A stretch of DNA of 64,000 nt from Octopus vulgaris (GCA_951406725.2 OX597838.1:6820001-6884000); one strand, 5' to 3'; positions 1 to 14,498 are shown, counted from the first letter of the stretch. Notes: generated by a model from the sequence alone, not told the origin. Numbers and translations: made by a program.

Positions 1-153
1 GTTGCTAGAAAATAATTACAAACTAGGACAATAAGAAAAAAAAAAGAAAACGTCTTGTAAATAACCGTACGAATCCAATACAAATAGCAGCATAACATAG
101 AAAAACAAATATGAGTTTGTTCTGTTTTTGTTTTTTTTCTTTCTGGTTTCAAG

Positions 154-244
154 GAAGCCGAAGCATATTAAAACACAGACTGCAGAAACAGACAGTTCGG
201 ATGAAGACAGAGAAGGAAGAGAAGTTATTAAAAACTGTGTATGA
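154..244 (+). other. Candidate exon of an unidentified + strand gene
   Basis: Long polypyrimidine tract (116-150) ending ...tttcaag|G. One frame reads KPKHIKTQTAETDSSDEDREGREVIKNCV*. No homology recognised. Confidence 0.2.
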
Positions 245-295
245 TCAAAATGAGATTAGAAAATGTGTTTCTAAGACGTTGGCAAGTCAACTTAA

Positions 296-330
<35 letters not shown>

Positions 331-354
331 TCTATATATATATTCTATATATAT

Positions 355-416
<62 letters not shown>

Positions 417-613
417 GCAAATTTGCAAAACGGAACTCTATAACGAAAGAAAAACAGTACTATTGAATTTATATTGAATTTATATAGAGTGAATAAAAAA
501 AAAAACAGAACATCTATAAAATTTTTTTGTAGAAAATTTAGAGATTATGAAGAAATAAGCAATCACCTTGGTTTATTTAGTTGTCTAGTTACATTTCTTT
601 ACTAAATGTTACA

Positions 614-651
<38 letters not shown>

Positions 652-859
652 GATACTGCTAGTATATATATATATATATATATATATATGCAATAGGAGA
701 TATAGATAGATGCATAGTTAGATGTGTATTATTGATATGAATATATTCAAACATATGCGTGCAAGCGTGTGTGTGTATGTAGATAAAGATAATGATATCG
801 ATAATCTGTGTATGCATGTATAGATGTATAGGGTTTTCAATGCTAAATTTGGCGATATT

Positions 860-1230
860 TGTATGCCTTTTACTTTCTGGAATAGTTTGCTATGTTGGTG
901 ATCATTCACTGGCGTTGAAGAGCATAAAATAAAAGAAGTATATTTCGCGAAACATTTAGCTGACGTTGGAAACATAGAAGCCTTTGTGTATTGGAAAAGT
1001 CATCGCTGTAGCACGAAATCTCGCTATCAATGAGCCGAGACCATTACTGCAGTTGAATGCTCTGTGAACCGTGAAAAGGCTGGGAGATGTGGATAGCTGT
1101 AAGGGAGACTACTAAGCCGAGAAACAGATACAGCAGGCGTTTAAACTGTGAGTGCACGCGGGAATGTACACAACACCAGGAGAAGCTGATGGATGTTCCA
1201 AGAAAGGGTAGCTTGAGGAAAGTGGGAATG
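860..1230 (+). mobile_element. Highly decayed RTE-like LINE reverse-transcriptase fragment
   Basis: CYVGDHSLALKSIK resembles the LYADDL motif region, followed by a Cys-rich stretch (ECSV..NCECTREC). Stops and frameshifts present. Confidence 0.3.
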
Positions 1231-1234
1231 AGCC

Positions 1235-1398
1235 GATTACATCTGCCTCAGTGTTCAAGTGATACTTAATGTATCGATACCGAAAGGATGAAAGGCAAAA
1301 CTCGACTACGGTGGAATTTGAACTCATAACGTAGTATCAGACGAAATACAGCTAAACATTTCGCCCAGCATGTCAGCAATTCTGCCAGCTCGCCGCCT
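1235..1398 (-). mobile_element. SINE family A, degenerate copy
   Basis: ccgaaaggatgaaaggcaaa...ggaatttgaactca...ctgccagctcgccgcct is the reverse complement of the family A head and body. Confidence 0.85.
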
Positions 1399-1434
1399 AA
1401 ATAATAATAAAAATAAAAATAATAATAATGATTC

Positions 1435-1465
<31 letters not shown>

Positions 1466-1505
1466 TCTAATAATAATAAGAAGAAGAACAATAATAATAA
1501 TAATG

Positions 1506-1593
<88 letters not shown>

Positions 1594-1640
1594 TAGTAAT
1601 AATAAAAAAATAATAATAACAATAATAATAATGATGATTA
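1399..1640. repeat. (AAT)n microsatellite
   Basis: Directly visible. Confidence 0.95.
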
Positions 1641-1677
1641 AATGTAAATGAAGATATGTTATATATATATATATGTT

Positions 1678-1721
<44 letters not shown>

Positions 1722-2095
1722 ATAGATAGATATATATAAATGTGGGGGGGAGTTATAAAAATATTAAAATCGAACCAGACTGGAAGACATATGTACATCA
1801 TGCTAGAAAAAAAAAATTATAATTTTTTTTTAATGTAAAAATCACCAGAATGGAGTAACATGTATGTTCAGTGATAAATTACATGTTTTATGCATTATAT
1901 CGTCAATGAGATTGACTTTGAAAGAGGAATCAATTCAGCGTCAGACAAGCGACATGTGCAACGGCAACAAGAGCAACTTTAAATGCAACAACAACAAGAG
2001 TAACAACACCAACAACTGAAACTAACAAATGTAAGAACACTTTCGAGAATAACAATGACCCTAAAAACTACTTAGAGAAAAACGAGGGGAACAAA

Positions 2096-2226
<131 letters not shown>

Positions 2227-2562
2227 TAAATATATATTTATATATATATAAATAAATATATTTATATATATATATATAAATTTTTTTTTGTTTTGTTATT
2301 TTTTTAAGATGGATAATAAGAGTTGAAATATCAATAGAAAGCCGAAAAGAATAGAAAACAAAAGACAAAAAGCTGCATGATCATATCCACAACATCTACA
2401 ACAACAACATCAGCAGCATCGGCCATCAGCATCACTGCAACGACGAAGACCCCCCTCCCAAGAGCAGCAACGAGAGTACCAACTGCTGCGACGACAACAA
2501 CAATGACATAAACAGCAAGAGCATAGGCGGCGGCAGTATGCAACAAAAAAGACAACAATATC

Positions 2563-2832
<270 letters not shown>

Positions 2833-2974
2833 AAATGAGATTAAAGATTGAAAGAAAATATCGGATATGGCTGTCTGGAAATAGCATGTCGGATTTTTTT
2901 TCTCCTTTGAATAGAATCTGAGATATTGTGGAAGCAACGTTACTACGTAGATAAATACATACCTATGTATACAG

Positions 2975-3066
<92 letters not shown>

Positions 3067-3468
3067 TGTATATATATATGTGTATATAAATATAAATGTA
3101 TACGTAGTATGCAGATACTTGTTACATACACGCACTCACACAGATTAACACCCACACAAACATACTCACATACGGAAAGCTATAGAGTAATTACTTCGAG
3201 AAACAGATATATGTTCTTACGTGAATTACAGTGTAAGCCCCTTCGTGTGAGTGCATGCGTGGGTGCACATTCAGAACTACAAATTCAAAATGTATCACGT
3301 ACATACACTCAGATATATACATATATACACGTTTACAGATATATATGTATGTATATATATATGAGAGGTGCACCGGATTTTTCATGGTTTAAGACATGTA
3401 GCGTTCATGGAATTGTTGAACAGAATCTGAAAGTCTTGTACGTAAGCCCTCTATGTCTTCATATATAT

Positions 3469-3540
<72 letters not shown>

Positions 3541-3620
3541 GTACACGCACACATACATGATATTGATTTATATATTAAACAACAGCGGAAACAAACTACC
3601 CGAATAAAATATGCTATACA

Positions 3621-4590
3621 TTAGCAGGACCCGTGCAATTTCTACGATAAATATCAGCAGATTTGAAAACATAATGCTTATATACTAGACTGAAGCAAGG
3701 TGTTTCAAAAACTCTTTTGATATCGAGCCATTTAATGAAAACAATGCTTTCAAATATAATTGAAATTAATGTGGAATGTATTGCTTATTTATCTCAATGT
3801 ACGACGTTTGGCTGATACGATGTTCTTTATAGTTTAGGGGAATAAAAGATAAATTCAAAAGATAAAACTTAATCATTTATATTGATCAAATATTCATTAT
3901 TTGCAATCTGTATTACATATTGATAACAAAGTAAATATATATAATATAAGCTATATTTCATATGATTATGATATGTACATAAGGAAAAAGCATGAGATTA
4001 TGTACTGAATTAGATACGAATTTTCTATATTACAAACGGGACTATACAAAATGGTAGGTGGCATACATATATAAACGGAAACATTTTAACGGAAATACAA
4101 AACATGAACTAATTTAAAAGTGTATGAAATAGGCATTGAATGTGATCACAGAAAGCTCTATGAAATGAATGTAATATGAATGGCATATATATGCATAAGA
4201 TTAATAAATTTATAGATTTACCCTTTCAGCGTTTCTTTATACAAAACGTGTGGGTTTTTTTTTAACAGCTTTGCCTTCTTGCCTGCTTTGTCTGTTGGTC
4301 TTAACTACTCTTACTGCAGCATCAGATAATTTCCTGGACCTAGAAAATACCACAAATAATTGCCCTTAGTTGAAGACAGGATGTGGCAAATATATTCCAA
4401 ATTTGATAAATGTATGTCCCTGTGCTTTAATTATTGTCAGAGAAGAGAATAGCCTTACAGGGAATTGAACATGTTCCGAAATGAAATGAAGGTTGGAGTT
4501 AATCGGAACCAGCTTCATGTGAGATATTACGAAGTAGATTCCGTCTTGTGTGCCTGTTGAGATATCCTCCATACTGTATAAAATTCTTTC
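3621..4590 (-). mobile_element. Helitron remnant: C-terminal Pif1-like helicase region of RepHel plus probable 3' terminus
   Basis: Minus strand ~4590-4218 reads ...HVQFPVRLFSSLTIIKAQGHTFIKFGIYLPHPVFN*GQLFVVFSRSRK...VLYKETL*. This matches the RepHel motif QFPVRLAFAMTINKAQGQT..VGIYL..PVFSHGQLYVAFSR. A degenerate hairpin/CTAG-like end (ttgcacgggtcctgctaa) lies near 3621. Confidence 0.85.
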
Positions 4591-4639
4591 CATTCTGTTT
4601 TTTAGTTGCTAATGTCGTCTATCTATCTTTTATTCGTTT

Positions 4640-5000
4640 ATTCTTTTATTTGTTTCAGTCATTTGACTGCGGCCATGCTGGAACACCGCCTTTAGTCGAG
4701 CAAATCGAACTCAGAGCTTATTTTTGTAAAGCCTAGTACTTTTTGCCGAACCGCTAATTTACGGGGACGTAAACACACCAGCGTTGTTTGTTAAGCAATT
4801 TTAGGGGACAAACATATACACACAAACATATACACACACATACATGTACATATATATATATATATATATACATGCATATACGACGAGCTACTTCCAGTTT
4901 CCCTCTACCAAATCCACTCACAAGACTTTGGTCGGCACGAGGCTATTGTAGAAGACACTTACTCAAGGTGCGCCACGCAGTGGGACTGAACCTAGGACCA
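4640..5000 (-). mobile_element. SINE family B (tRNA head, CORE-like, internal CA/TA microsatellite)
   Basis: tttcagtcatttgactgcggccatgctgg...ctaccaaatccactcacaag...gccacgcagtgggactgaacc, with multiple copies in the window. Confidence 0.9.
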
Positions 5001-5185
5001 TCATTTATGCAGTCATCAAAATTGTTATAATGTCTTGTTGTTGAGATAGGTTCTCTTTCTTTCCTGATGAGGAGATTACATTATTTTACACCGTTTATTC
5101 CTTTGGAATAAAACCAATATTGTATTCAAAACATGTGTCGAAAGTAAAAGAATTTGAACAACACCAGCGTTCAACTCCATTTATT

Positions 5186-5233
<48 letters not shown>

Positions 5234-5392
5234 GGGCAAAGATCATTAGTAATTTTACCAGGTGTTTAGCGCGGGTTTCTTAAGGTCGTAACAGCCTCCT
5301 TTGGCGTCAATCTTTCCAGCGCGTGGAGAGTCTTATAAACCATCCCTAGTTATAATTATGCATATAATTATTAATATGTGTGTGTACGTATT

Positions 5393-5427
<35 letters not shown>

Positions 5428-6089
5428 GCATATTTATATTCTAAAGGGTTACATGTAAAATACGATTTGTCTTTCGAAGTATGTCTCCTGCACGTGATAT
5501 AAGGTGGTATGACATCACATATATTACAATACATTAATTACAATAAAATGCTAATCAGAATCCTTGTATTTATACACGATTGTGAAATGAATATGAATTT
5601 CAATATCCCATCCAGTCACAACTCTCTCTTTTTTCCTTTGTAGCTATTTAGGACCACATCATCCTATGTGAACATCTATTTCAGACGATAGAGATGAAGA
5701 AGATTTGGTTGCCATTTTTAGCAGGTCCGAACAACCACAGAGAAACTCCTCCATTCACTCCACCATTTACTTCCCTTTTTTTTTTACTGTAATAAAAGAA
5801 AGCCGCCATCTTAAAACGTTTAGGAACCTGAACTATAAAGCATGCACTTTGTTATACGGACACAACTGTCAAATACCGCCATTTAATCGCTGTTTTATAT
5901 ATCATTTATGTTGATGTGTTAAATGTGCCTCCTATTTTCTGTAAAACACCCAGGAAAATCGTTTTCCGCTCCGTTGCAGTTGTTGTACACTTTCAAAAGA
6001 GTATCGCGTCATGCTGTGCCTAAGTATGTATAATACTCTATTTCTGTAGCGTGATTTTTGTACATATATCTGCCTAACAATATGTATTT

Positions 6090-6453
6090 GTATGGGATCA
6101 CATGTATTTGCTCAGTGTATCCGTGCGTGCATGTATATCTGTGTGTTTATGCGTGTGGGGGATCGCGTGTATATTTCGACGTGTGTGTGTATTTGCGCGT
6201 GTACCTGTACGCGCATGTTCATGTGTGTGAGAGCACATGTATTTGTTCAGTGTGTATGTTTGTGTACGTATGTGTGTGTGTTTGTGCAAATGTAAGCACG
6301 TATATATTTCTACGTGTGTGTGTGTGTGTGTGCTTGCGCGTGTGCCTATATGCGCACGTTCATGTGTGTGAGAGCACGCGTATTGTTTCAGAGTGTATGT
6401 GTGTGTACGTATATATGTGTGTTTATGCAAATGTAAGGATGTATATATTTCTA

Positions 6454-6486
<33 letters not shown>

Positions 6487-6747
6487 TTGCGCGTGTGCAT
6501 ATACACCCATGTTCATGTGTGTCAGAGCAAATGTATTCATTCCATTTGTCTGTGTGTGTACGTATGTGTGTATGCTTATGCGTGTGGAAGCGCCTGTATA
6601 TTTCTACATGTGTGTGTATGTGTGTGTGTGCTTGTACATGTGCCTATACACCCATGTTCATGTATGTAAGAGCACATGTATTATTTCAGTGTCTGTGTGT
6701 GAACGTATGTGTGTATGTTTATGCGTGTGGTAGAGCGTGTATATTTC

Positions 6748-6785
<38 letters not shown>

Positions 6786-7300
6786 TATACGCACATGTTC
6801 ATGTGTGTGAGACCACATGTATTGTTTCAGTGTCTGTGTGTACGTACGTGTGTATGTTTATGCGTGTGAGAGCGCGTGTATATTTCTACGTGTGTGTGTT
6901 GCGCATGTTCATGTGTGTGAGAACACGTCTTGTTTCAGTGTGTATCTGTTGTGTACGTATGTGTGTATGTTTTTGCACGTGATTGCGCGTGTATATTTCT
7001 TCGTGTTTGTGTTTGCGTGCGCGTGTGCCTATACGCGCATATTCATGTGTATGAGAGCACGTGTTTCTGCGTGTTTGTGTGTGTATATATGTGCGTGTGA
7101 GAGCACGTTTATATTTCTACGTGTGTATATGTGTCTGTGCATATGCGTATATAATAGTGTTTATATCTGTTGAATCGTGAGTACTTTTTGGTGTATTTGT
7201 ATGAATGCGTATACATGCGTGTCTATAAGTGTGGGATCGCGTATATATTTTTGTGTGTTTGTGTGTTTACGCGTACATGTTCGTCTTTAAATGTGAAAGA
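6090..7300. repeat. GT-rich minisatellite, ~120-130 bp unit, about 9-10 diverged copies
   Basis: Recurring gtatatttctacgtgtg...gcatgttcatgtgtgtgagagcac...gtttcagtgt...gtacgtatgtgtg. Confidence 0.85.
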
Positions 7301-7324
7301 TCACGTGTATATATTTTGTGGTTA

Positions 7325-7528
7325 TTCATTTATTTGTTTCAGTCGTTTGACTGCGGTCATGCTGGAGCACCGCCTTTCATCCAACAAATTGCTCCCAGGA
7401 CTTATTCTTTGTACAGCCTAGTATTCATTCTATCGGTCTCTTTTGACAAACCGCTAAGTTACGGGGACATAAACACACCAGCGTCGGTTGTCAAGCGATG
7501 TTGAGAGGACCAAACATAGACGTACAAG

Positions 7529-7593
<65 letters not shown>

Positions 7594-7712
7594 GCCTGGC
7601 TTCTTTCATTTTCCATCTGCCAAATCCAATCACACGGATTCGGTAAACCCAAGGCTATAGTAGAAGTCACTTGGAGAAGGTGCCACGCAGTGAGACTGAC
7701 CCCGGGACTGTG
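7325..7712 (-). mobile_element. SINE family B
   Basis: Same motifs as 4640-5000. Confidence 0.9.
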
Positions 7713-8257
7713 TGATTATTTTATATGACATCATGTGTATATCCCTCATCATGTGAGTGCAAGTCCTTATATGGTCGTCTCTTTGCGCGTGAGAGCACGT
7801 GTATATCTTTCTATGTTTATGTGCATGCGTGCGTATATATGCATGTTTATCTGTGTGAGTGTACATGTAAATTTCTCTGAATTTAAGTGTTTGCATATAC
7901 GCGCGTTTTTATCTACGTGTGTGTTAAAATGTGTGAGCGAATTTCTGTTCGCGTGTGGTATTATGTATGACGAATAAAAACATTAATTGTTTTCACAGAC
8001 AACAAGATATTATAGGAGATGCATGTATTGCTGGCGGTATCTCAGAATCACAGTCAGTTGAGGTCACGCAGTACAAGCTTAGAAGTTTTAAAATATTATA
8101 AATATATTCAAGAATATCCATATATTTACAGTCAGGTAATGAAGCTCATATAATACATACGTGTAGGGTTCCACAAGATATTTTAAATTTGCAATGTAAC
8201 AATTAGGCCGAAGTCACCTAGAGTCCTTAACTGCGCGCTCAAAAACCGTGGAGAAAG

Positions 8258-8550
8258 TTCATGCCGTCGGTTTCGACGAAGAGGGTTCCACTTGATCCAG
8301 CCAACAGAACAACCTGATTCTGAAATTAATGTGCAAGTGACTGAGCACTCCACAGACACTGTACGCTTAACGTAATACCCAGGGAGATTCAGAATGTGGC
8401 GAGTCCGGCCCTTTAAATTGCAGATATAACTCATTTTTACCAGCTGAGTGGACAGGAGAAACGTGAAATAAAGTGTCTTGTTTATGGACACAACGCGTTG
8501 CCGTGGATCGAGCTGACGAACTTCTGATCGCTAGCCGGTTACTGTAAACT
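8258..8550 (-). mobile_element. SINE family D (CORE-like head region plus distinct 3' domain)
   Basis: Homologous to 51810-52130 (gagggttcca..tgatcc..gaaattaa..gctgagcactccacag..ccagctgagtg..caacgtgaaataaag). Confidence 0.8.
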
Positions 8551-8646
8551 CTCAATCAATAAATTCATAAATTATTCTCATGCAGCAGCACATCACGGCT
8601 GTTTTGTCCCGCAGTAGTAAAGTGTTATGAAATATACGCGCTTATA

Positions 8647-8879
8647 AAGGCGGCGAGCTGCCAGAAACGTTAGCACGCCGGGCGAAATGCTTTGCGGTAT
8701 TTGGTATGCCGCTACGTTCTGAGTTCAAATTCCGCCGAGGTCCACTTTGCCTTTCATCCTTTCGGGGCCGATTAAATAAGTACCAGTTACGCACTGGTGT
8801 CGATATAATCGACTTAATCCGTTTGTCTGTCCTTCTTTGTCTTCTCTGTGTTTAGCCCCTTGTGGGTAGTAAAGAAATA
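8647..8879 (+). mobile_element. SINE family A, full length, with 18-bp target-site duplication
   Basis: Pol III A/B-box-like head (ggcggcgagctg...gagttcaaattcc). TSD gaaatatacgcgcttata at 8629-8646 and 8880-8897. Confidence 0.93.
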
Positions 8880-9101
8880 GAAATATACGCGCTTATATTT
8901 GAATTTTAGTTATTGTTAGACAAAGAATCTGTTTCCTGCTTCTGCAATAAGAAATTTTGTGAAAATGAGTAAGCCATGTTTTTGCAGCCTATCTCATCAG
9001 TTTCCTTAGTCAAGATGTACAAGCGCTTTAAAAAACCTTTACGTACGAAAATGAAACTATTGCAGGTATAAATGCTGCCACTTGCAGATCGTTGCCAAAA
9101 A

Positions 9102-9502
9102 TCTTTTATATATAAAAGTGAAGTTGTGTGTCTGTCTCCTACGATTTAGATTCCTAACTACTCCCACATTTTGCGGTGCAGTTTAACCAAAAACGGGTAT
9201 CTTATGGTCGTTATTCATATCGAGCCCTTCTGGGTATTAGCGCGCGTCTACGATGAGTCTACGATTTAAAAAAAAAATTACCATAATTTTTTTTCCATTT
9301 TAATGCATTTTTTCGCTATTATATAAGGGAAGTAACTCTCCAAAAATGTCTACGATGAGTCAATGATTTTTAGAAAAATTTACCATCATTTATTTTCCAT
9401 TTTTAATGCATTTTTTTTGCTATTTTTTGGCTATAACTCTCTAAAAATGCTTATATAGTTATTTCCCTTACAATACCGAGCAACGCCGGGCGATACTGCT
9501 AG
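9102..9502 (+). mobile_element. Non-autonomous Helitron
   Basis: Starts TC (a|tcttttatatataaaag) and ends ccgagcaacgccgggcgatactgCTAG|t with a subterminal GC-rich hairpin. Inserted between A and T, no TSD, ~100-bp internal tandem duplication. Confidence 0.88.
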
Positions 9503-9930
9503 TATGATATAAAATGCGCTGTTATGAAATATCAGTAAATAAAAAGAGGAACGGAATCAAGAAACATAAGAGATGTTTGTGGATTATACATCGTATTCTA
9601 TTAAAGATATTGCTGTCGTTCTTTGGCAAGTCCATACTCCTGAAGATAAAACTAACTTTGGATGAGGTTTTAATTTCCATGTGTTCGGCGGAGCAGATGT
9701 TTTCTGAGTTATATCTATCTCATTCGAAATAAAAAGTATGCAGATCATGTGACAGACTTAATTTCGATCAGCGATGCTGAACAAAGAGGAATTTGAACAG
9801 GTTGAACAAACGGAAAAAAAATACGACAGTAAAATAAATTGATAGGGTGTTCTAAAAATTGAAAATGTTGAGAAAATTAATAATTAGTATCGTTTCTAAC
9901 ATCAAAAGAAGGTAAGATCCACTCCGTTGG

Positions 9931-10180
<250 letters not shown>

Positions 10181-11120
10181 TTCTCTGGGGTAAGATATAT
10201 GGAGTAAGCAAGAACAACATAATACTACAGCTAAATGCCCCAGGAGCCTGAAGAAAATAGCTTCTCGTCCCCAGCCAGAGGCTATCCACTTCACAGAAGA
10301 CAGTATTAGAAATATGAGTAAAAAGATAAGCAACTGGAAAGCAGCAGGACCTGATGCTGTACAGGGATTCGGGATGGAAAACAGTTCAGTATAGTTTCCA
10401 TAAATTGATCGCAGAGGAATTTAATGCATTGATCAATGGAAAAGAAGAAATTCCGGGCTGGTTGACAAGAGGACGAACGGTGCTGTGCCTGAAGGATGCA
10501 TCAAAGGATGCCGACAATTACAAACCAATTTCCTGCCTTCCGTTTAATGTGGAAGTTACTGTCAGGAGGAATTGAAGAACTGTATAAATTTCTTGATGAG
10601 AACGAAACATTACCGACAGAACAAAATGGTTGTAGAAGGAGATGCAGAGGTATCAAAGATCAACTATTCAAAGACAAAATGGTTATGCAAGATTCTAAAT
10701 GAACGAGAACAAATCGGGAAATAGCATGGATTCACAATCTCAATACATTTTTCAGCGACGTTCGTAGTTGAGTGCTGATACTTCCAAGTGAACCAATTAC
10801 TATTGTGTTCAGGTCTACTCTCCTCATTGACCACAACCTTCGTATTTCCCACTTTAAATTGCCATAGTTGTTTATTTTTTCTTCTTCTTCACATTCATCC
10901 TTGTTGTCACAAGGGCATGCTATGTCAATTATCATGCATGTTTTTTTGTTTTTTTTTATTCAACACAACGATGTCTGGTTTCCGATGTCTGGTCTACAAA
11001 AACCTACAAAAATCAGCATCGTCTGGAACAGCAAGAATTCTTCGCAGGATTCTTCAAGCATGACCAGTAAACAAGTGTCGCATTGGTCTGCTGCCTGTAG
11101 ACAGCTGACAATTTCCATAT
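10181..11120 (+). mobile_element. R4/Dong-clade non-LTR retrotransposon remnant with internal inversion
   Basis: + strand 10181-10732 is RT ([51 protein letters not shown]). - strand 10733-10993 is restriction-like endonuclease (KPDIVVLNKK..CMIIDIACP..EEKINNYGNLKWEIRRLW..IVIGSLG). + strand 10994-11063 is the C-terminus LQKSASSGTARILRRILQA*. Confidence 0.9.
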
Positions 11121-11530
11121 AGGCTTAGGAGTGGCTGTTTAGTTTTGAAGTTGATAAATATACTTATTAATTGACTTCTCTCCATTTTCTTATTTTTCTT
11201 ACATATATATATATATGTGTGTGCGTGTGTGGATTTGGTAGACGGAAACTGAAAGAAGCCCATCGTATATATGTATATATATATGTATGTATGCATGTAT
11301 GTGTCTGTGTATATGTTTGTGTGTCAGTGTTTGTCCCTCCAACATCGCTTGACAAACCGATCCTGGTGTGTTTACGTCCCCGTGACTTAGCGTTTCGTCA
11401 AAAGCGACCGATAGAATAAGTACTAGGTTTACAAAGAATAAGTCCCGGGGTCGATTTGCTCGGCTAAAGGCGGTGCTCCAGCATGGCCACGGTCATATGA
11501 CTGAAACAAGTAAAAGAGTAAAAGAGTATA
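11121..11530 (+). mobile_element. SINE family B (5' part disrupted)
   Basis: gtggatttggtagacggaaactgaaagaagccc...gactgaaacaagtaaaagagtaaaagagt tail. Confidence 0.9.
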
Positions 11531-12339
11531 CCCAGCAAACAAAAATATATAAACACCGTTTAAATAATTTTGCTTCTGTATTTTTCAAAGATATCCGTTC
11601 CCAATTTCTTTTTTCTATTTTTCTATTTTATGTGTTCTACAGTGAAGTATAGTGTTTCTTTTCTAATAAAATGGTGAATAGTAACGCATTCTTGTTACAC
11701 TTAATATTATATTACATTCAAAGTGAGGAATGGGGGATCGGGGAGCGGATATTTTTACAAAACGTTTACGCAAGGATTTCGAAAGGTTCTTGAACCAGTT
11801 ACCGCATTCCGTATCCATATAGCAATATACTAATGACGTTTTAATAGGAGAAATTGATATTGTTAATTGGAGTTCTTTTTAGTTTTTGCTACATATGCAT
11901 ATGAGCATGTGACTGTGTATAGGAAACCAGACAGATGTATTCATGCATTTATTTATGTCTCTGTGTATGCATCCATACATACGATCGTATGCACATATAC
12001 ATATACATGTGTGTCTGTGTGCGTGTGTGTATACGGATGTGTGTGTGTGTATGTATGCATCTATTTAGAATTGGCGTAGTCACCTTTTTTCGGGGAGTCA
12101 GCCGAGTGAGACATACTTCATCAGCACTTGTGCCACACAAACAGAACAGAACCGTCAAGATAATTTTTCGTTGAAGGGTCCATTCAGAAAGTCCTACGGG
12201 CGGCTGATTGCCGATGATTGATCTAGAAGAAAATTAGTATTGTTGTCTTTATAGAGAATAGGTCAAAATATCTCACTTTCCCTGATCACCATATTTTACA
12301 TTTAATGACCACAATATATTCCTCTAATAACATTAGATG

Positions 12340-12560
12340 TTTGGAGATGCGTGGTTTAGAGGTGGGGGTGATGGACCCATAGGAGTAAGATCATGGTTTT
12401 GATTTCTGGGCCAGGCAATATGTTGTGCTCTTGAGCAAAACTCTTTATTTAATTTGCTCGAGTCCACTCAGCAGGCATAAATGTATAATCCTTCCACTGA
12501 CTAGTGTCCCGTCCAGAAGGAAATATATGCAACACGGAAACCGGGAGGGACCAGTTTTGC
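12340..12560 (+). mobile_element. Degenerate SINE, family C variant
   Basis: tggagatgcgtggtttag...gtgctcttgagcaaaac..gtccactcagc, similar to the reverse complement of 50416-50677. Confidence 0.6.
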
Positions 12561-12674
12561 AGAAGCTGTCCTACCTAAACAAAGATTGTTGTTTTGACAG
12601 GAAAGATTCTAAGAGAGATTGATATCTCATAAACTGTGTAATGAGAAGGTCGTGTCTGAAATACAAAAAAAAAA

Positions 12675-13110
12675 AAGTTTATCCATTCGTATGCACTAGC
12701 TAAAAATTTCGGATCTAGAATTAAGTTTTCTGGTGGAATTCTTGGATGGAACAAGTGAAATATTTCGACGATATATAAAGCGCATTATTCTGAACCATTT
12801 TTGTATGGCATGAATTTTTACCATGATGTTCCACTTCGTTGAATGTGGCGTGCAGTTGATCTTCAGATCGATCCCATACAAGGATAACTAACTTTGTGTC
12901 TTTACTCTTGTTCATATGACGTAAAGAAAACTTGTGGCTTGTGTATCTTTGCTTAAAATTAACTTCGCATAAACGGACGGTATTTTCCTCCTAGGTTTTA
13001 ATACTTGGGAGCATTATTGTGACATCAGAATCATAAATAATTGATTTTATCGAGTATGCATGATCGATTGTCTGACATTTAGTGACTCGGGGATAAGCAT
13101 GTTCTTTAAA
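12675..13110 (-). mobile_element. Penelope-like element GIY-YIG endonuclease remnant
   Basis: Across frameshifts: KSIIYDSDVT...CEVNFKQRYTSHKFSLRHMNKSKDTKL...DLKINCTPHSTKWNI...LNSRSEIFS. This matches the Penelope/Poseidon EN pattern FKxRYxxHxxSF...T.LS..IW.LK...IKW.I...LNKRSEL.S. Confidence 0.75.
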
Positions 13111-13479
13111 GATTTTGTCCACCTTCCCAATCAATTATTCTACACTGGCAAGAATAATTATGATTTCGACAGCAAAAAGACAGGCAACACTTCTTTTTAT
13201 CTTTCTTATTCCTTCTTATTTAAACTTCTGTTTCTCATTCAGACTACTGCCATTCCGCCTATTGCATTTACATTCCTCTTATTTTCTCTCGTGTTTTTTC
13301 ATAGACCAGACTATTTTCTTTTTTTTTTCTTTCAACGTTGGAGTTCTGGGGTCTAACCAAGATTTTAGAGTACACATATGATTAAGCGAACCTTAATATC
13401 TGTTTCGTCACTGGTAGTTCAAACCTGAAAATCGAAATGGCTTAGAGCTGAAAACATGAGATAAACAGCCAGTCCCAAT

Positions 13480-13518
<39 letters not shown>

Positions 13519-13806
13519 CCACACGTGCACACTTACATATTCGCTAAACAACTATACACACGCACTCATGGATGCACATGGCCACAGGAATGCACAGCGC
13601 ACGAGCATTCACACGTGTGCAGAGAGAATGATAACCATGAAATATTTGCTATCATGTCAGAAGATAGAGACGGAAATGTTAACATATGTGTCTGTATGTC
13701 TGAGTGTATGTGCACGAGAGATTGGGTATTTGCGCGTGTGTATGTGTATGTTTGTGGACGCGTGTGTGTTTATGTAAGTATGCATGCATAGAAGATGTTT
13801 GAGTGC

Positions 13807-13848
<42 letters not shown>

Positions 13849-13868
13849 TTACATTTACAATTATATAC

Positions 13869-13904
<36 letters not shown>

Positions 13905-14090
13905 ATATGTGCATTTGTTTACTTATGTATGTATATGTGTATGAATATATATATGTGTGTGTGTGTGTGTGTTCTTCTATGTAAATATATAGAAACGTAT
14001 ATTGACATATGTACAATTAAGCTCTAAACACACGCACATCATACGTACCTATCAGGAGAGAATATACAATAAACAGTTTTGTGCATGAAG

Positions 14091-14147
<57 letters not shown>

Positions 14148-14168
14148 TATTTCTGTATAGATATATAT

Positions 14169-14221
<53 letters not shown>

Positions 14222-14451
14222 AGTGTGTGTTGTGTGTGTATATATATAGACATGCATGCACACGTACACACGCACAAACACACGTGGGCGCGCAAACATG
14301 CACACGCTCTTACACACATACAGGACACTCACACCGATATATATATATATATATGTAAATACATGTATGTATATATGCATGGATGTATATATATGCACGT
14401 GTACGAACGTTTTGAACGTGTATGCGACTGTTAGTTAATCTTTGTTTACAG

Positions 14452-14498
14452 CGAACCCGCATCTGGTGCAGATCTGTATGTGCACTCAAGCATGCACG
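14452..14498 (+). other. Candidate small exon (24 nt to gtatgt or 47 nt to gtatgg)
   Basis: ttaatctttgtttacag acceptor and two plausible donors, in a unique island among microsatellites. Confidence 0.25.

Noticed and set aside
8647-8740. tRNA genes at SINE heads
   Set aside because: A/B boxes are present, but there is no intact cloverleaf and the heads are always fused to SINE bodies.
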